A DNA stretch of 63,832 nt, filler included, from Rhabdomonas costata (lineage: Eukaryota): assembly GCA_019059605.1 (NCBI GenBank). It is 43 parts of 43 records of this genome, joined end to end, with 100 filler letters (N's around TTAATTAATTAA, not from the genome) between each part and the next. Parts side by side here need not be neighbours in the genome. Positions count along the whole stretch, not along the records: positions 1 to 1,387 come from JAHMHO010017457.1; positions 1,488 to 2,874 come from JAHMHO010017458.1; positions 2,975 to 4,360 come from JAHMHO010017459.1; positions 4,461 to 5,846 come from JAHMHO010017460.1; positions 5,947 to 7,333 come from JAHMHO010017461.1; positions 7,434 to 8,820 come from JAHMHO010017462.1; positions 8,921 to 10,307 come from JAHMHO010017463.1; positions 10,408 to 11,794 come from JAHMHO010017464.1; 35 more parts are not named here. One strand, given 5' to 3'. The translations under genes and the position numbers were made by a program. Below the pieces are notes generated by a model. The model did no database searches. It was given only the letters and a program-made list of their open reading frames with translations, and was not told the DNA's origin. Positions within the stretch are counted from its first letter, which is position 1. Every line of letters starts with the position of its first letter. This document shows positions 1-12,391 of the stretch, in pieces.

Positions 1-284
1 CCGATCTATTTGGCAAACTGCGGGGGGGGGGCAAACGGGTCCAGCCTAGGCGCCAAATTACTTGAAACTTTGAACCCAACCAGTTGAATTTAAAAATCGA
101 AATTTTCTATAAAAAATACTCGTTTAACCGATTTCCGAAACTATTTAAGATTTTTTTGAATTTGGGTTTTTTTACTGCCATGCGTGTCTGCTTGGTTGGA
201 GGATTGTTCTTCGACCATGGTAATTTATCATGAGGGGCAGGGACATATTACCACACAGGGCGCGGGCACGGGCGAGGCGAGTGC

Positions 285-934
285 CTGGTTGGGGATCTTG
301 AAGGCGATGGTCTCATAGGGCTCCGCGGCGAAGAGAAGGTACTGGTAGGCCTTGTCCGGGGCCTCCTTGCGCTGCTCGTACGCGGACATGAACCGGTGCC
401 TGGGCTGCAGCCCCGTCTCGATCTCTGGGTAGTGAATGGTGAAGTGCAGCGTGCGCTGCCCCGTGGCTAAGTCCCGGCTCTTGGTGACCTGGTACCCCGG
501 GCGCCCAATCTTCACCGTCTTCCTGGGGAAACAGAACAGTTATTACCATAAAACTTATCACCACTCGACCAGCCTTCCTATTCGCACAGCACCGTTATCA
601 TTTTAGCGCCCTGCTCATGTTTTTCTTAAATTTCCCCCGCGAGACCCGTCGTGGGGGAAGAAGAGGTGCCGGCTACGACCAACGACAGCATCTGGGATCG
701 AGGGACGTTCCGCCATGGGGAATTGTCGACCAGGGAAATGGGCTTCAATCGCATATTCACGATGGAACCCGCTGGTGTCGCTCAGGAGTGATAGTTGCAC
801 ACAAAAAACGGAGCGAAACAGACGTTGGGATGCGCACCGGGGCTGCACTTTCTTTCGTGCCGAAGAGGCCAGCGCGGGCTGCTCCGCCTTTTCCTTCGCC
901 GCGCGCCGCGCGAGGTTCATCCGATGCCTCTTCC
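285..934 (-). CDS. SF3A2: Splicing factor 3A subunit 2 (SF3a66), two internal exons (934-838, 522-285)
   Basis: GKRHRMNLARRAAKE...KVQPR|KTVKIGRPGYQVTK...PRHRFMSAYEQRKEAPDKAYQYLLFAAEPYETIAFKIPN matches SF3A2. The GT-AG intron 837-523 joins in frame. Confidence 0.95.
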
Positions 935-1387
935 CTGCCAAACAGTGCCCTCCCCCCATAAAAACGTCGTCACTCCCACATCCCTCCCGTCCTACAGCGT
1001 GACAGTACGTTCCAAACCGATCCTTTAGCACAAACGCGTAGGGGGGGGGGCAAACGGCGTGCATGCTGTTGCGGAGGTCTTTTTGCCTCCAGCAGGGCTT
1101 TCGAAAGTTCACCCCTTCTTCCTCACTGCTTGTTACTGCCGATCCACCCAAACCAACCACAAGACCAAGACCCTCGTGGAAGAAGACGAAGAAGAGCTAT
1201 GCCGAAGATGCCGTAAACCAACCAGATAGAGAAGGGTGTGGACGATCCCTGGAATGCTGGGCCTTCGAAAACATCAATGACAAGCCGCAACCTTCTTCCC
1301 TCATAGCGTGTAGCTTTTTGTGACCCGGGCAGCACTGTTCGCCCGCAATCTTCAGCCCATCTTTTTCGCCTCACGGCAACGCCAAAC

Positions 1388-1487
1388 NNNNNNNNNNNNN
1401 NNNNNNNNNNNNNNNNNNNNNNNNNNNNNNNTTAATTAATTAANNNNNNNNNNNNNNNNNNNNNNNNNNNNNNNNNNNNNNNNNNNN
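1388..1487. other. Artificial contig spacer (N-run + TTAATTAATTAA + N-run); first of 42 in the window
   Basis: The same 100-nt unit recurs about every 1.49 kb. The core contains stops in all six frames. ORFs ending in X...LIN are artefacts of it. Confidence 0.99.
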
Positions 1488-1616
1488 TTTTGTTTGTCCC
1501 TCGGTGCGACACCGCAGCGTGCTTTCGACTTGGTTTGCCTGGTTTTCTGGTGGAGGGGAGGGGGGAATTCTTTGTGCGAGGTTTGGATTTCCCAACGGGA
1601 GCACGTTTTTGCGCAG

Positions 1617-2520
1617 GGCCCACGTCTCGGGCTATGGCACGGACTCTCCTGGGCCGCAGTACAAGCCCGACGAGCGCCATGTGATGCGCTCCGTTCCTGG
1701 TGCGTGTACCTGTGTGCCTGTGCTCATTCAGACCGAGAAGGGGACCATCTCTCTCCGGAAGTTCTGCATTCAGGCGGGGAGCTTCAAGAACTGAGGATCT
1801 TCAAACCCGTTTTTGCTCACATGCATCGCTCCGGGACAACAATGATGGCAGCGCCGAGACCTCAGTTTTCAAGGATCGGGCAAAAAGAAAGATAGAGAAA
1901 CGTCGTCTAAATACCTTGAAACCAACCTTAAAATCCCAATTAGTCCTCAAAACTCGCCGAAAACCCATGCACCGCCCTGTGCTGGAGCGCCGTACGCTAT
2001 GCTTAGCAATACTCTGTTCTTCGAGCAATGACGTTTATCGCCTTGGATAGAAAAGGAAAGGGTCACGATCATGGCTTGCCCCCCAAAAACATGGCTTATT
2101 AAAGTTAGTAAAGTAAGTAAAACTGTTCGCGTTTTATCAAAAAATCCTATGATCAAAAAGGGGTGAAATCTCGGTGTCCACAGTGATATGATCAACCACG
2201 CTAATTACAATTCGGAAAGACGTTGAACCGCACACTGGCGGGATGTCGTTTACCCCCCCTCCTCCTCCTCCAATGGACGGGGCCCAAACTTTTTGTCAAA
2301 TGCGCTGGTGTTCCGGTGTTCCACAGGCTGTGTCTTTGCTGACCCGGACCCCCTGATCGGCTCCATGAACAGCCGCTTCGCGGACCAGCACAAGGTGGCC
2401 ATGGGGAACGCCTCTCCAGGCCCGGCGGCGTACACCCTTCCCCTGCCCTCTACGAATGGGCCGGCGTTTAGCATGGCTCGCAAGGAGAAGATCCTGATGA
2501 AGAGGTATGACTTCCGCTAA
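1617..2520 (+). CDS. Sperm-tail PG-rich repeat (STPG/ODF3/SHIPPO-like) flagellar protein, last two exons (1617-1699, 2327-2520)
   Basis: Motifs DSPGPQY and ASPGPAAY..P...GPAFSM. GT-AG intron 1700-2326 joins in frame. Stop at 2518-2520. Confidence 0.75.
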
Positions 2521-4689
2521 TCCGCTTATTTGTAGGACGTAGTTAATAGGGTCAATAACAGCTCGGACATGTCCTGTCTATCTCATATCTTAACTGCCTC
2601 CATGTCAAGGAGATAAGAGTGAACAAACCTAAAAAATAGAATCCTAGAACAAACCTAAAATGACGTCCTTTGGGGCTTTGTCGCTCTCTAACCCAAACAC
2701 AAACAATTTTATGGAAACGTGCATTACATCTGACGTCCTTCAAATTTCTGTTCGAGTCCCAGAAGACATTGCCCGTCAAGCCCCCCGTCAAATCTTCTAA
2801 CGCTGTGGCAGCATATAATCGTCGTACCCCACCGTGAAGAAGCAACCGTACACAGGAGTCAAGTTCCCATACAANNNNNNNNNNNNNNNNNNNNNNNNNN
2901 NNNNNNNNNNNNNNNNNNTTAATTAATTAANNNNNNNNNNNNNNNNNNNNNNNNNNNNNNNNNNNNNNNNNNNNTGTTTTTTGCACAGAGCGAAGGAAAA
3001 AGCACGTGAAATACATCCAAGGGGGAGACCAGCAAGACGCACATAGCAGAGTTGACTACCGAATCGAGCACCGAGTACCGAGTGATCCCGTTGCCCTGCA
3101 ACGAGGTGCAGTGCTATCGCAATGCTGCCAAGGGGAAAAAAAAGAACTGAACTCGCACTGGCAAAAGCTGGATACAGGGGAATCACCAGCACAGGTAACC
3201 CTACAACTCGCCCCACGCTGTCTATAGCCGCAGAAGTTAGGTTGACAGATGGTATCGGGGGCATCCCGCCCTCCCGTTCCCAAAGCTCGGTGCAAGGTGA
3301 GGCGGGGGTAGTGGTGATGATACAAGTGCAGGTAATCGCTTGAGGGAAGGGTGCTGTGTAACTCCTGTGTGTACGTCACGTCGCAACTCCAGCTCAAGCG
3401 TACCTCCCAGCTTGAGAGGAGTACTGCAGCGCAGGTTGGTGACATACCACGAAATAGAGACACTGCCCTTCAACAATTTTATGGGGGGTGGGGGGCAAAG
3501 AAAAATCGAGAAGAGAAGATAGACAAGACGCGCTCAATCTTACACTCGCCTAGATTTCGACAACTTATGCTTTAGAATGGTCCACTTTGCCCGAAGCCGC
3601 TGGGGGAAGAAGGCCTTGGTCCGAGGCCCACTGTGTCACAGGACACCCCAACTCAAAAAGGCCAGAGGTGGGCTGAGGGTATGCAAACGACCCGGGCGAC
3701 AACTCTGAACAGCGCCCGCGAAACAGCTTCCAGAATCATCAAATCCCCCTCTCATCTTCTCACGGTCCGTGAAGCGGATACTGAGAAAGGTGCAATCGTT
3801 TTGGTTTTGGAGCATAGCTTACGGAGTCCCGGACAGGACCCTGTCCACACATGTAGATACGTGTAAATGACAAAACTCGAAATAAAAAAGGGGCTTAAAT
3901 TGGACAAAATTCTGTATCTCGTTACCCCCTTCCCCCGCCGGTCAATGTTGTCCTGAAAAAGTGCAGGGCCGGGAGGGACATACTACCACCATAGTTTCCG
4001 ATCCAACATTGACCATACGGGGGCAGGGGGGTCGAATTTTTGGTGAAAAATGCTCTAAAATGGGTCAAACCCAAGCAAAATGGGTCAGAAATGGGCCAAA
4101 AACGGGCGAAAAACGAGCCTAAAATGTGGCCCAGGCGCCATTGTCGGAGGAAGTGGAGTATTTTCAAAACGCTTCGTGCTAACCAATCATAATAGGGAGG
4201 GAACAGGACCTGAGAAGCGTTTGCACGCGAGATGGTGAATTATTGTCCATTTTTCCATAGTGATGGCCCTTTAAATCGAGTTTTGTCATATACTTTTCCT
4301 TTAGGTGTAAAAGGTATCATGCCTAAAACGAAAACTGAGCGACTGTGAGCACAATCACACNNNNNNNNNNNNNNNNNNNNNNNNNNNNNNNNNNNNNNNN
4401 NNNNTTAATTAATTAANNNNNNNNNNNNNNNNNNNNNNNNNNNNNNNNNNNNNNNNNNNNTGTTTTGTGTGGAGAGCTGTTGTCTAAACGCACAGGTTAG
4501 AATATTGTCGTGGCGTGTGTTTCCTCAGATGACTCGATTTGTCTCCTCTCAGCGGTAGTTTTTCACCATTGTTCAGCATACCCGAGACCGCAATTGGCTT
4601 GGCGTTTCCATCGTGAAGGTCTTAGACGGTGTTGTTGAGTGTGCTTGGACTACATTCAATTTCCTCGCAGGGCAGTGGTGTGTGGGCAG

Positions 4690-5846
4690 CTGATCCCATC
4701 GCTGGCCATCGTGGCTGTAGGGTGGGCTGCCCTGAGCCGGCTTCACGCCGCGTTGGAGGTGCTGAACCAGAGCTCTTCGGAGGTGGAGAAGCTTCGGGAG
4801 GAGAACGCCGGCCTGAAGTCTGAGGTCGTGGAGTCAACACCGAAGCTTGGGGGTTCAAAGTTCCAAAGGGTTCCAAGGCCTAGGTGGTTTAGGTGGTTAC
4901 GGATTCGGCATACGTCCAGGCTGTCGTTTTGGTGCGGTGGAGCCCCGTCAGGAGGATTGTGGCCGGCCGACGCGAGACCGCATCGTACAGTTCAGGGTAT
5001 TGGGGCGTTTCGAAGTTGGTTATTTGGGTTAGAGGTTGCCTTTTACGATTGAAAACGGATTCCTCGCATTATGCCATTTAGGGCCTCAAATGGGATTCTG
5101 TGCACACCGGAGGTACCGGCTCTGGTATGGCTGCCAGTTTCGGTGTTGATTGAAAAGTGAAAACTTGAGGAAGATTCTAAAGAGATACCCCAACGGTGGA
5201 ATGGCAATGAACTCCACTGCGGATGGGGCGATCCATTGCGAAATAGAGACTAACTTCTGCCCAGAAAAAGAGCACACTTTCCACACTTTGGTCTACGTGT
5301 GACACGTTGTTACTTGCGCCATACGGGTTCTAGCAACGCTGTGTTCAGATGGGGGCAACTGTCTTAGAATACACTTAACAAAACTAAAAGAGGCAAAGTA
5401 CAATACAATGGCCCTTTGGACGAACTTCGGGCAAAAACTCGGGGCCAACAACGCAGTTGATCCCATGTCTACATGGAAGATAAGAGACGTTCAACTGCAT
5501 ACATCCAACAGCCTTCGGAAAACTCGGACTGATTGAAGAAGGCACATTCGCAAAAATCCCCAATGTCACAGGAACTCTGGCTTTGCAGTGCACCAAAACT
5601 GACGACCCAACACGAGAGAAGGAAAATACCAACGTAAAGCAGTACCCCAAAATGTAAACGGAAAGCACGTAAAAGCAAAGAACACGTGACGTTGGTATCA
5701 ACCATGGCGTCTGCCAAAAGCATACAGAGGATGGGCCCTCTACCACGCAAGGGCACAGCATGAGCCAATTATTCATCGAGTAATCCCTCTGAAGGACAGG
5801 ACGTCATAATGCCGGGACAAACTTGAACCACACGCAAAAAAACAAC
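4690..5846 (+). mobile_element. Possible decayed retrotransposon gag/pol remnant
   Basis: A coiled-coil-like segment (EVEKLREENAGLKSEV) is followed by a frameshifted CCHC-knuckle-like stretch (C..FWCGGA/RQEDC, about 4922-4960). There are many stops and no intron structure. Weak call. Confidence 0.25.
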
Positions 5847-6311
5847 NNNNNNNNNNNNNNNNNNNNNNNNNNNNNNNNNNNNNNNNNNNNTTAATTAATT
5901 AANNNNNNNNNNNNNNNNNNNNNNNNNNNNNNNNNNNNNNNNNNNNTTTTGGTGGTTTCTGGTCGTTTCAGGTCGTTTCTGCCTCCAGCGGTTTGCTAGC
6001 ATTAGGAAAACTCGGTTTCACAGTTAGTGTGTGTGTGTGGGGGGGGGGGTGAGGAGGGAGGTCTACCCACCAAACTATAAATACGGATCGCAGGTGACGG
6101 ATACCGACGTTTGTCCCAAGTAAGTTCCAGGAACTGGTGTGGCCTCCAATACGGATGATCGGTTGACTCAATACCCGCGCTCTGGCCAAGTGTCCCCCAG
6201 CAACCGCTGCTCAAAACACACTGGTTCCGCGATTTAATAGCGGCCGAGAACGACGACATATTTATTTCTGCATTTTGCTCGGCGCACCACAGGATGAGTG
6301 CACGTGGATAC

Positions 6312-7320
6312 CCCGATGGCTTGCAGGGTTCGGGCACAGAGGTCATGGTAGCGGTGCGGAGAGCTCAGCAGGGGCTCTGGTTGGGGCTGCCGCGTCAGGG
6401 TGCCCCAGGTCTTCGCGCAGTCCTGCAGCCGTAGCAGGCTGCCGTAGGCCTGGCCCAGCCGCAGCAGGGAGCCGCAGAGCGCTCGGGCTTCCTCACTGAG
6501 ATCCAGCTCTGTGGCCTCCAGGAGCTCCGCCACGCAGTCCATCCCCCGCGAGGGAACCTATGTGCAGATTTCGGGTGTGACAAGCTTCGGGTCCGATCGG
6601 TAGAGAGGAGCTTTCCATGAAATCCCTCTGTGGAGGGACCAAATGTGACTGCGAATCCGATGTCTGCAAAATCCAAGGCGACCCTGTTTTGCGCCCGCTG
6701 AGGAAGGGGCCGATCCCCGTGGTACCGTTGTTGGGTGAGATGGCGCATAACAATCAGTCAGCGGCTATATGGTTATACAACTGATGTTTTTCCTGGGAAA
6801 GAACGCGAAGAGCGATTTCCTTGGTTCCTTTTATACCTTTTCTATTTCCTTTCTAAGTGTGCGCAGAAGTGTTCGCGTAGAGCATCGAGCGCTGGCGGTG
6901 TGGATTGAAGTCTCTGCGCTCAGAGAAGAGTGTGTGTGCGTGTGTAAAGTTTTGCCCTTTCCATCCTTGATGCATCCACAAGGGTAACAGACTGATTCTG
7001 GATTCTGGATTCGATCCAAGAAATTTAGAGCTCCCCCAAATGTCTTCCTAGTCCCACTGTTTCGAGATAAGGGGTAAAATGAAACACATCTCGAGAACAA
7101 CACGTCAAAAGCCCACATACCTCAGGCACTCCATCTTCGCCGATTCCCAGCCCACACAGATACACACACAGAGATGCCTTGGCCTCCTTGCCATAGGGAA
7201 GAGGCAGTGGGGGCCTGCCCCCCGAGAACCGCTCCGCGCAGTTCTGGAACTCCATGGCCTTCACCAAAAACCCTAGCGCAGCCTCCAGCACAGACATCGT
7301 GCACACGAGCCTCACCCGTG
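6312..7320 (-). CDS. Unknown alpha-helical protein, two exons (about 7320-7178, 6557-6312)
   Basis: GC-rich open segments (LEAALGFLVKAMEF...KEAK|VPSRGMDCVAELLEA...) join in phase 0 through a probable GC-AG intron 7177-6558. GT donor at 6311. Confidence 0.55.
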
Positions 7321-7530
7321 TGCCCACCACACANNNNNNNNNNNNNNNNNNNNNNNNNNNNNNNNNNNNNNNNNNNNTTAATTAATTAANNNNNNNNNNN
7401 NNNNNNNNNNNNNNNNNNNNNNNNNNNNNNNNNGTGTGGTGTGTAACCCGCCTGCCTGGGCCAGATCCTTTTGCTTTCCGTTTCTTGAAGCACGCCAATA
7501 TCTCGGCTTTTCCTTGCTTGCATTTTCACA

Positions 7531-8040
7531 GGGAGCGATGTACATGTCACGGATGAAGGACAGAAAGAAAAAGGGCAAGCGACAAACTGGAGGGGACAGC
7601 GATGAGGAGGGATCCCCGAAGCCCTCCAAAGAGGAGCAGCCCGTTCCCCTCAGCAAGCCCAAAGACAGCAAACGGGACCAGGACGACGACAAGGATGAGG
7701 AGCCCTCGGGCAAAGCGGCTCGGAAGAAGGGCAAGCCGGAATCTGACGAGGAGGAGGCCGAAAGCAAGCGGAAGCCCACAAAAAAAGGAAGGGGTGCCGA
7801 CTCCGATGACGAAGAGAAAGGCAAGAAGGACAAGAGAAGGGGTAAGAGTGCCTACTCCGATGACGATGATGATGTGCCGCCCAAAAAGGAGGCGCCGGGG
7901 AAGTCCTTGAAGGGCAAGAAGAAAGGCCGTGGCAGTGACTCCGAGGAGGACTCCGAGGAGGAGGCCGTGAAGAAGAAGTCCTCTGCCAAACCCAAAAGGG
8001 GTGCCAAAGATGAGGACAGCGACGAAGACGAGGAGGAGGC
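7531..8040 (+). CDS. Low-complexity Lys/Asp/Glu-rich exon (resembles N-termini of eIF5B/ABCF1 or nucleolar proteins)
   Basis: Polypyrimidine + CAG acceptor at 7530, then a long open K/D/E/S-rich frame (KKKGK..DSDEE). Confidence 0.6.
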
Positions 8041-8154
8041 CTCAGAGGAGGAGCTGCTGGAGCCTTCGGAGGCACTGCTGCTGCTGCTTAGGCTGCCATT
8101 ACTCTCCGAGTCCTCTGAATCCACCACCGAAGACTTCCGCTTCACTGGGAGAGC
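8030..8154 (-). CDS. Ser-rich exon converging on the plus-strand K/D/E exon
   Basis: Acceptor cacacag at 8155, then ALPVKRKSSVVDSEDSESNGSLSSSSSASEG. Confidence 0.4.
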
Positions 8155-9278
8155 CTGTGTGCGTAATAATGGTGGGGGGGGGGATCGTTTTGAAGAATCC
8201 CCACCCACTCCAGCGGAAATCGGGAAGAGGTTATCCCCTGTGAGTTGGGAAGAATTATCTACCTGTCCCCAATCATACCCACCACGTATCTGCGATGAAC
8301 AATGGAGATGGAGTACAGGTGTGGGTTGGGAGACCAGGATTGGGGTTCGGCCATGGGGGAAAGGGGTCAGGATCATGCCTTTGGATTTGGGACGTGGGTT
8401 CGGGTTGGAGCAGAGAACAAAGTGACACAGGCACGAGCCACCAACCGGCGGCACCGAATCTGCGCACAACTCCAGCTGCCGAGCATGGTAAGGGTGACTG
8501 AGGTTTGTACTAAGTAGGGGGCTGTGGGTCCGAGAGGTGACGGTCCCGGCAGGACAGTGGAAAGTACTTGAAGCGGCGCAGGGTCTTTACTGTGATGTGA
8601 ATTATAAGAGTTTGGGCAGTGAATTGTGAGTTGAAGGCTGCTTTTACACCACCCCCAAAAAGCCGAACAACAGCAAAGCTACCAAACCAGCAGGGTGAAA
8701 AACGCACGAATTTTTCAGTAAAAGGTAATTCGGCTTTCTGGTTTGCTCACTGTCCACCAAAATTCTAACACTGTGCTTCCAGCACCTCAGCACGGCAGCC
8801 TGCACCGCCACAAGAGTTAGNNNNNNNNNNNNNNNNNNNNNNNNNNNNNNNNNNNNNNNNNNNNTTAATTAATTAANNNNNNNNNNNNNNNNNNNNNNNN
8901 NNNNNNNNNNNNNNNNNNNNGTGTGGGTGTCCGAATCATTGGGTGCCACTTTTCTAGCAGGGGGCGTCCAGTGTCTGCGCGCATGCTCCGGTGGTATTTT
9001 TTGTTTTGGGCTGGCCTCCCAGTGGTGGGAATAGAGGTCCGCTCAGGTGGAGTGACAAGTGAGAATGCCGAAGGGTGGTTATGCAGGAACGTCTGGGTCC
9101 CGCAGGACCCCTTTTCGTGTGCGCTCACGGTCACTTTTGGTGATCTCGAAAGAGAGCGCCCGGCCTGCAGTCATTCTCGCAATGACCGGCGATAGAAGGG
9201 GTGAGGTTTGGCTCCCGTGGACTGCGACACCGCGACACAGCACTTCTCCCTTCCCTCTACTCACTATTATTGATATAC

Positions 9279-10002
9279 CTCGAGAGCAAGGTCAGGGCAA
9301 TGGGCACTGGAGGGAAGCTGATAAAGGGGTTCTGGCGGGCTATCCGGGGGTCGTTCCACTGCGAAATGTTCCCACTGAACACCGCCACCACTGTGTCCCG
9401 GTCCAGGATGACGCTCAGGCCCACGGATACGTCGGGCAGGTTGTATACCTGGAAGTTCACGCACATACCACCCTGCCATTTGGGCACAAAAAACCAAACG
9501 CAAACCAGAACAGCAACCCTTCGCAATTCCACAAGCACGACGACTCTCGGGGCCAGCGAAAACCCAAGAAAACATTCACAAAGACGCAACTACCGGGTGA
9601 ACTTTCGCATTGCGAAAGTGGAGATGTGTGTGTGTGTGTGTTTGAATGTGAATGGGACAGCTTTGTGGAGAAGCGCTGGCCATATGAACAGATGAGAACT
9701 CCAACACGCATTATTCACACACAATCACGCGTGGACCTGGTGCCGATGAGGGGTGAAGTGACATGTGAGTGTGGTTGAACAGCATGCACAGCGTGCATGC
9801 GATCGTCGGGAACGCTTCGCGCTGAGCACACACATGCACACACACACACGCTGCTCACCACGGCCATCCCCTCGGCCAGCAGGGGCACGGAGGCGATGCC
9901 CTGGGAGGCCAGCGCGGCGCCGGTGAGGCCCTGCCCCGCGGGCAGCACGGCGTAGTCCAGCGTGGAGGTCAGCATAGCCGCCACGGCTTCCGCTGGACTC
10001 CA
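9279..10002 (-). CDS. PstS-like periplasmic-binding-protein domain protein, exons 10002-9859 and 9448-9279
   Basis: The spliced sequence VPLLAEGMAV|VYNLP...LDRDTVVAVFSGNISQWNDPRIARQNP fits the PstS pattern YNLP..L..IF.G.I..W.DP.I...NP. GT-AG intron. Confidence 0.8.
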
Positions 10003-12174
10003 CTGCGAAGAACCCCACAAAACGCTCAACCCGCGAAAAAAAAAACTACCGAAAGCGGGCAGGAGGTATGCTTTGTCACCCGAAGGCCCCTCCCTCCCAC
10101 TGGGGAACTGCGGTAGTGTTGCCGCACTCGCTGCGATCGCAGCGGCAGTGCTGGACTGCATGAGTGGGATGAAAAGGAAAAGATATACCCACTTCAGGCA
10201 ATTCAGATCTGACATCTGAGATCTGATGATTGAGGCTACAACTCGAAGGACAACGTTTGAGGAACCCAGACTGAAATCGGTATAGGGTCCACCCGGAACA
10301 ACAAAAANNNNNNNNNNNNNNNNNNNNNNNNNNNNNNNNNNNNNNNNNNNNTTAATTAATTAANNNNNNNNNNNNNNNNNNNNNNNNNNNNNNNNNNNNN
10401 NNNNNNNTGTGGGGGGGGGGAGGATTTGCGAAATTGTTGTGTTCAAAAAGAAAAAGAGTAAGGAAAGCTGGTGTGCGCAGGGTGCTAGATGAAAGCTTCC
10501 ATGGGGATCCGTGCGATGTGTGGCGGGTGTGTCGTGGGCGATGTGGATGGTGTGGAAAACAAAAACCACGGGGACCGACGGTGCTGGTCTGTTCGCGCTG
10601 ATGCACAGGTCGTCGAAGCATAAGAATAGATAGGCATCCGTATGGACAGCAGGACAGGAAACAGAGCTCAGTGTGAACGGGGAACGGGCGGCGAAAGGAA
10701 AACAGGATCAAGAATGCCAGCAGAAAGAGCGCGTGTGTGCGCTGGGGCACAATATATGGTTCCTCCAATAGGGAGGCGTTTCGTGAGAAAGTTCGCCTCT
10801 CTTGTGGTCGCTGTGATCCTCCGAGGTAAGGGGCTGCCTTTCTTCCCAGTCAAATTTTTGTTCGATTTATTGTTATGTGTTCCATGCCATCAGTGTGCGT
10901 TTTGCCCTGCCATCTCTCCGGTCTGGTTCTCTCCCTTTTGTCATTGTCTTCGTGTCAAAGTGATCAAGTTCCCACCTGAGCCGTCCTCTCCAGCCGCTCC
11001 AGGGACTGACCTCTACCCCTGAACCAATGCTGTCAAACTCATCCTCCTGGCTAGTACATCGCTAGCACCATGCATATGATGAATACTCATTTAGGGAACA
11101 CTGACACAAGTCAACTAAGTTAAAGTCAGCTCGGTAGTGCTTGCATCTGTATCAGAGTTAGGTGCGCCTTTCCTGTATCCAATTCGTCGTCCTCATGACA
11201 GTTTTGTTCAACTTCACCTTTGCTCAATCCCTTCTTGAACCACATTCGCCTGCCTACGCCGAGGCGGGACGTAGCGAATCTGATCCATGGATTTACAGAT
11301 TTTCAGGCGCTGCTGGCAGCAGTAGCCCCGCCACAGGCCCGTCACAGGGGCCATGCTCGTCAGTATGCAGCCCATTTTCTGTAAACGCCTTTCCAGTACT
11401 CTGTAAAGTCGACGGCTCGAAAACGGCATCTCGATTCATGGTCGAGTCGGGATGTCGTGTCCTACCAGCAGCAACCAACAGCCCAGGCCGGGTTGTGTTG
11501 AAGCAACAGATGCAGTGCCCCAGCAGCGTTCAATTCAGTGTTTGCGTATTCGCAGCGGACGAGCTCTGTGTGAGGCTGCCCGAGCCGAAGCCCTGTACAA
11601 ACGATATCTTGGAGATTACCTTAATCCTGCCACAGCGCAACCTTTTAACTCTTCTCTCGAGACTCGTATGCAGGAAAACGATGCCATCTCCGCTGAGCTT
11701 CACCCGGCTGCCGGGCGGCTGGCCTCTTGGCACGGAGAGAAGTGTGGGCTTCCGGAGAGATTCTGCATAACTCTGGCCAAACACAAACAAAAACNNNNNN
11801 NNNNNNNNNNNNNNNNNNNNNNNNNNNNNNNNNNNNNNTTAATTAATTAANNNNNNNNNNNNNNNNNNNNNNNNNNNNNNNNNNNNNNNNNNNNTGTTTT
11901 TGTTTGCTTTCAGCATGCATCCCAAGGGTCACAGCCTGACAAAAGCAAACAAAAAAATACTCCAGACTCGCATGCAAAACAGAATGCCAAGGAAATAAAT
12001 ACGCGGAACTGGGGAATAACTAAAGAAAAAGCAACTCGATGGGCGGTTTCTCCGGATTTTCAATGAGCGTCGTATTGGTTCAGCATGCTTGTCTGCGAAT
12101 GGACCGCACAAGTGAGCAGAAGGAGAGAGATATGTTTTTAAATGCAGCGGGTACAGTGCAGACCTCCCCCTTAC

Positions 12175-12391
12175 AGGCCATCTCCTGGGCTTGTTCACAG
12201 GCCCGCCCACGCTCTGCGTTGAGCCGCTGCACGGCCTCCCGGCAGTCCCGCGGGCACCCCGAGCGGAGGTACACTCGCAGCTCACTCTGCCGCTCCCCGC
12301 ACACCACGCAGGCCCACTTTCGGGTTTTCTTGGCCTGCTGCACCTGGTACGCTCGGCAACTGAAGCACTGCAGCACGAGAAACTCCGGCAT
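12175..12391 (-). CDS. MRNIP: MRN-complex-interacting protein, first exon (zinc ribbon)
   Basis: MPEFLVLQCFSCRAYQVQQAKKTRKWACVVCGERQS...DCREAVQRLN matches the MRNIP N-terminal domain. GT donor at 12174. Confidence 0.85.

Noticed and set aside
935..1160. Open frame upstream of the SF3A2 exon (PYAFVLKDRFGTYC) loosely resembling the SF3A2 N-terminus
   Set aside because: It lacks the invariant CxxC/H zinc-finger residues and the RRERL motif, and a valid AG acceptor sits at 936-935. Treated as intronic coincidence.
3940..4014. 11-bp inverted repeat GGTCAATGTTG/CAACATTGACC next to AAAATGGG-type short repeats
   Set aside because: Single occurrence with no TSD or second copy in the window, so it cannot be called a MITE.
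11162..11794. Long overlapping ORFs of 130-200 codons
   Set aside because: No recognisable domain or consistent splice structure. Most ORFs in the supplied track are shadow frames of GC-rich or intronic DNA.
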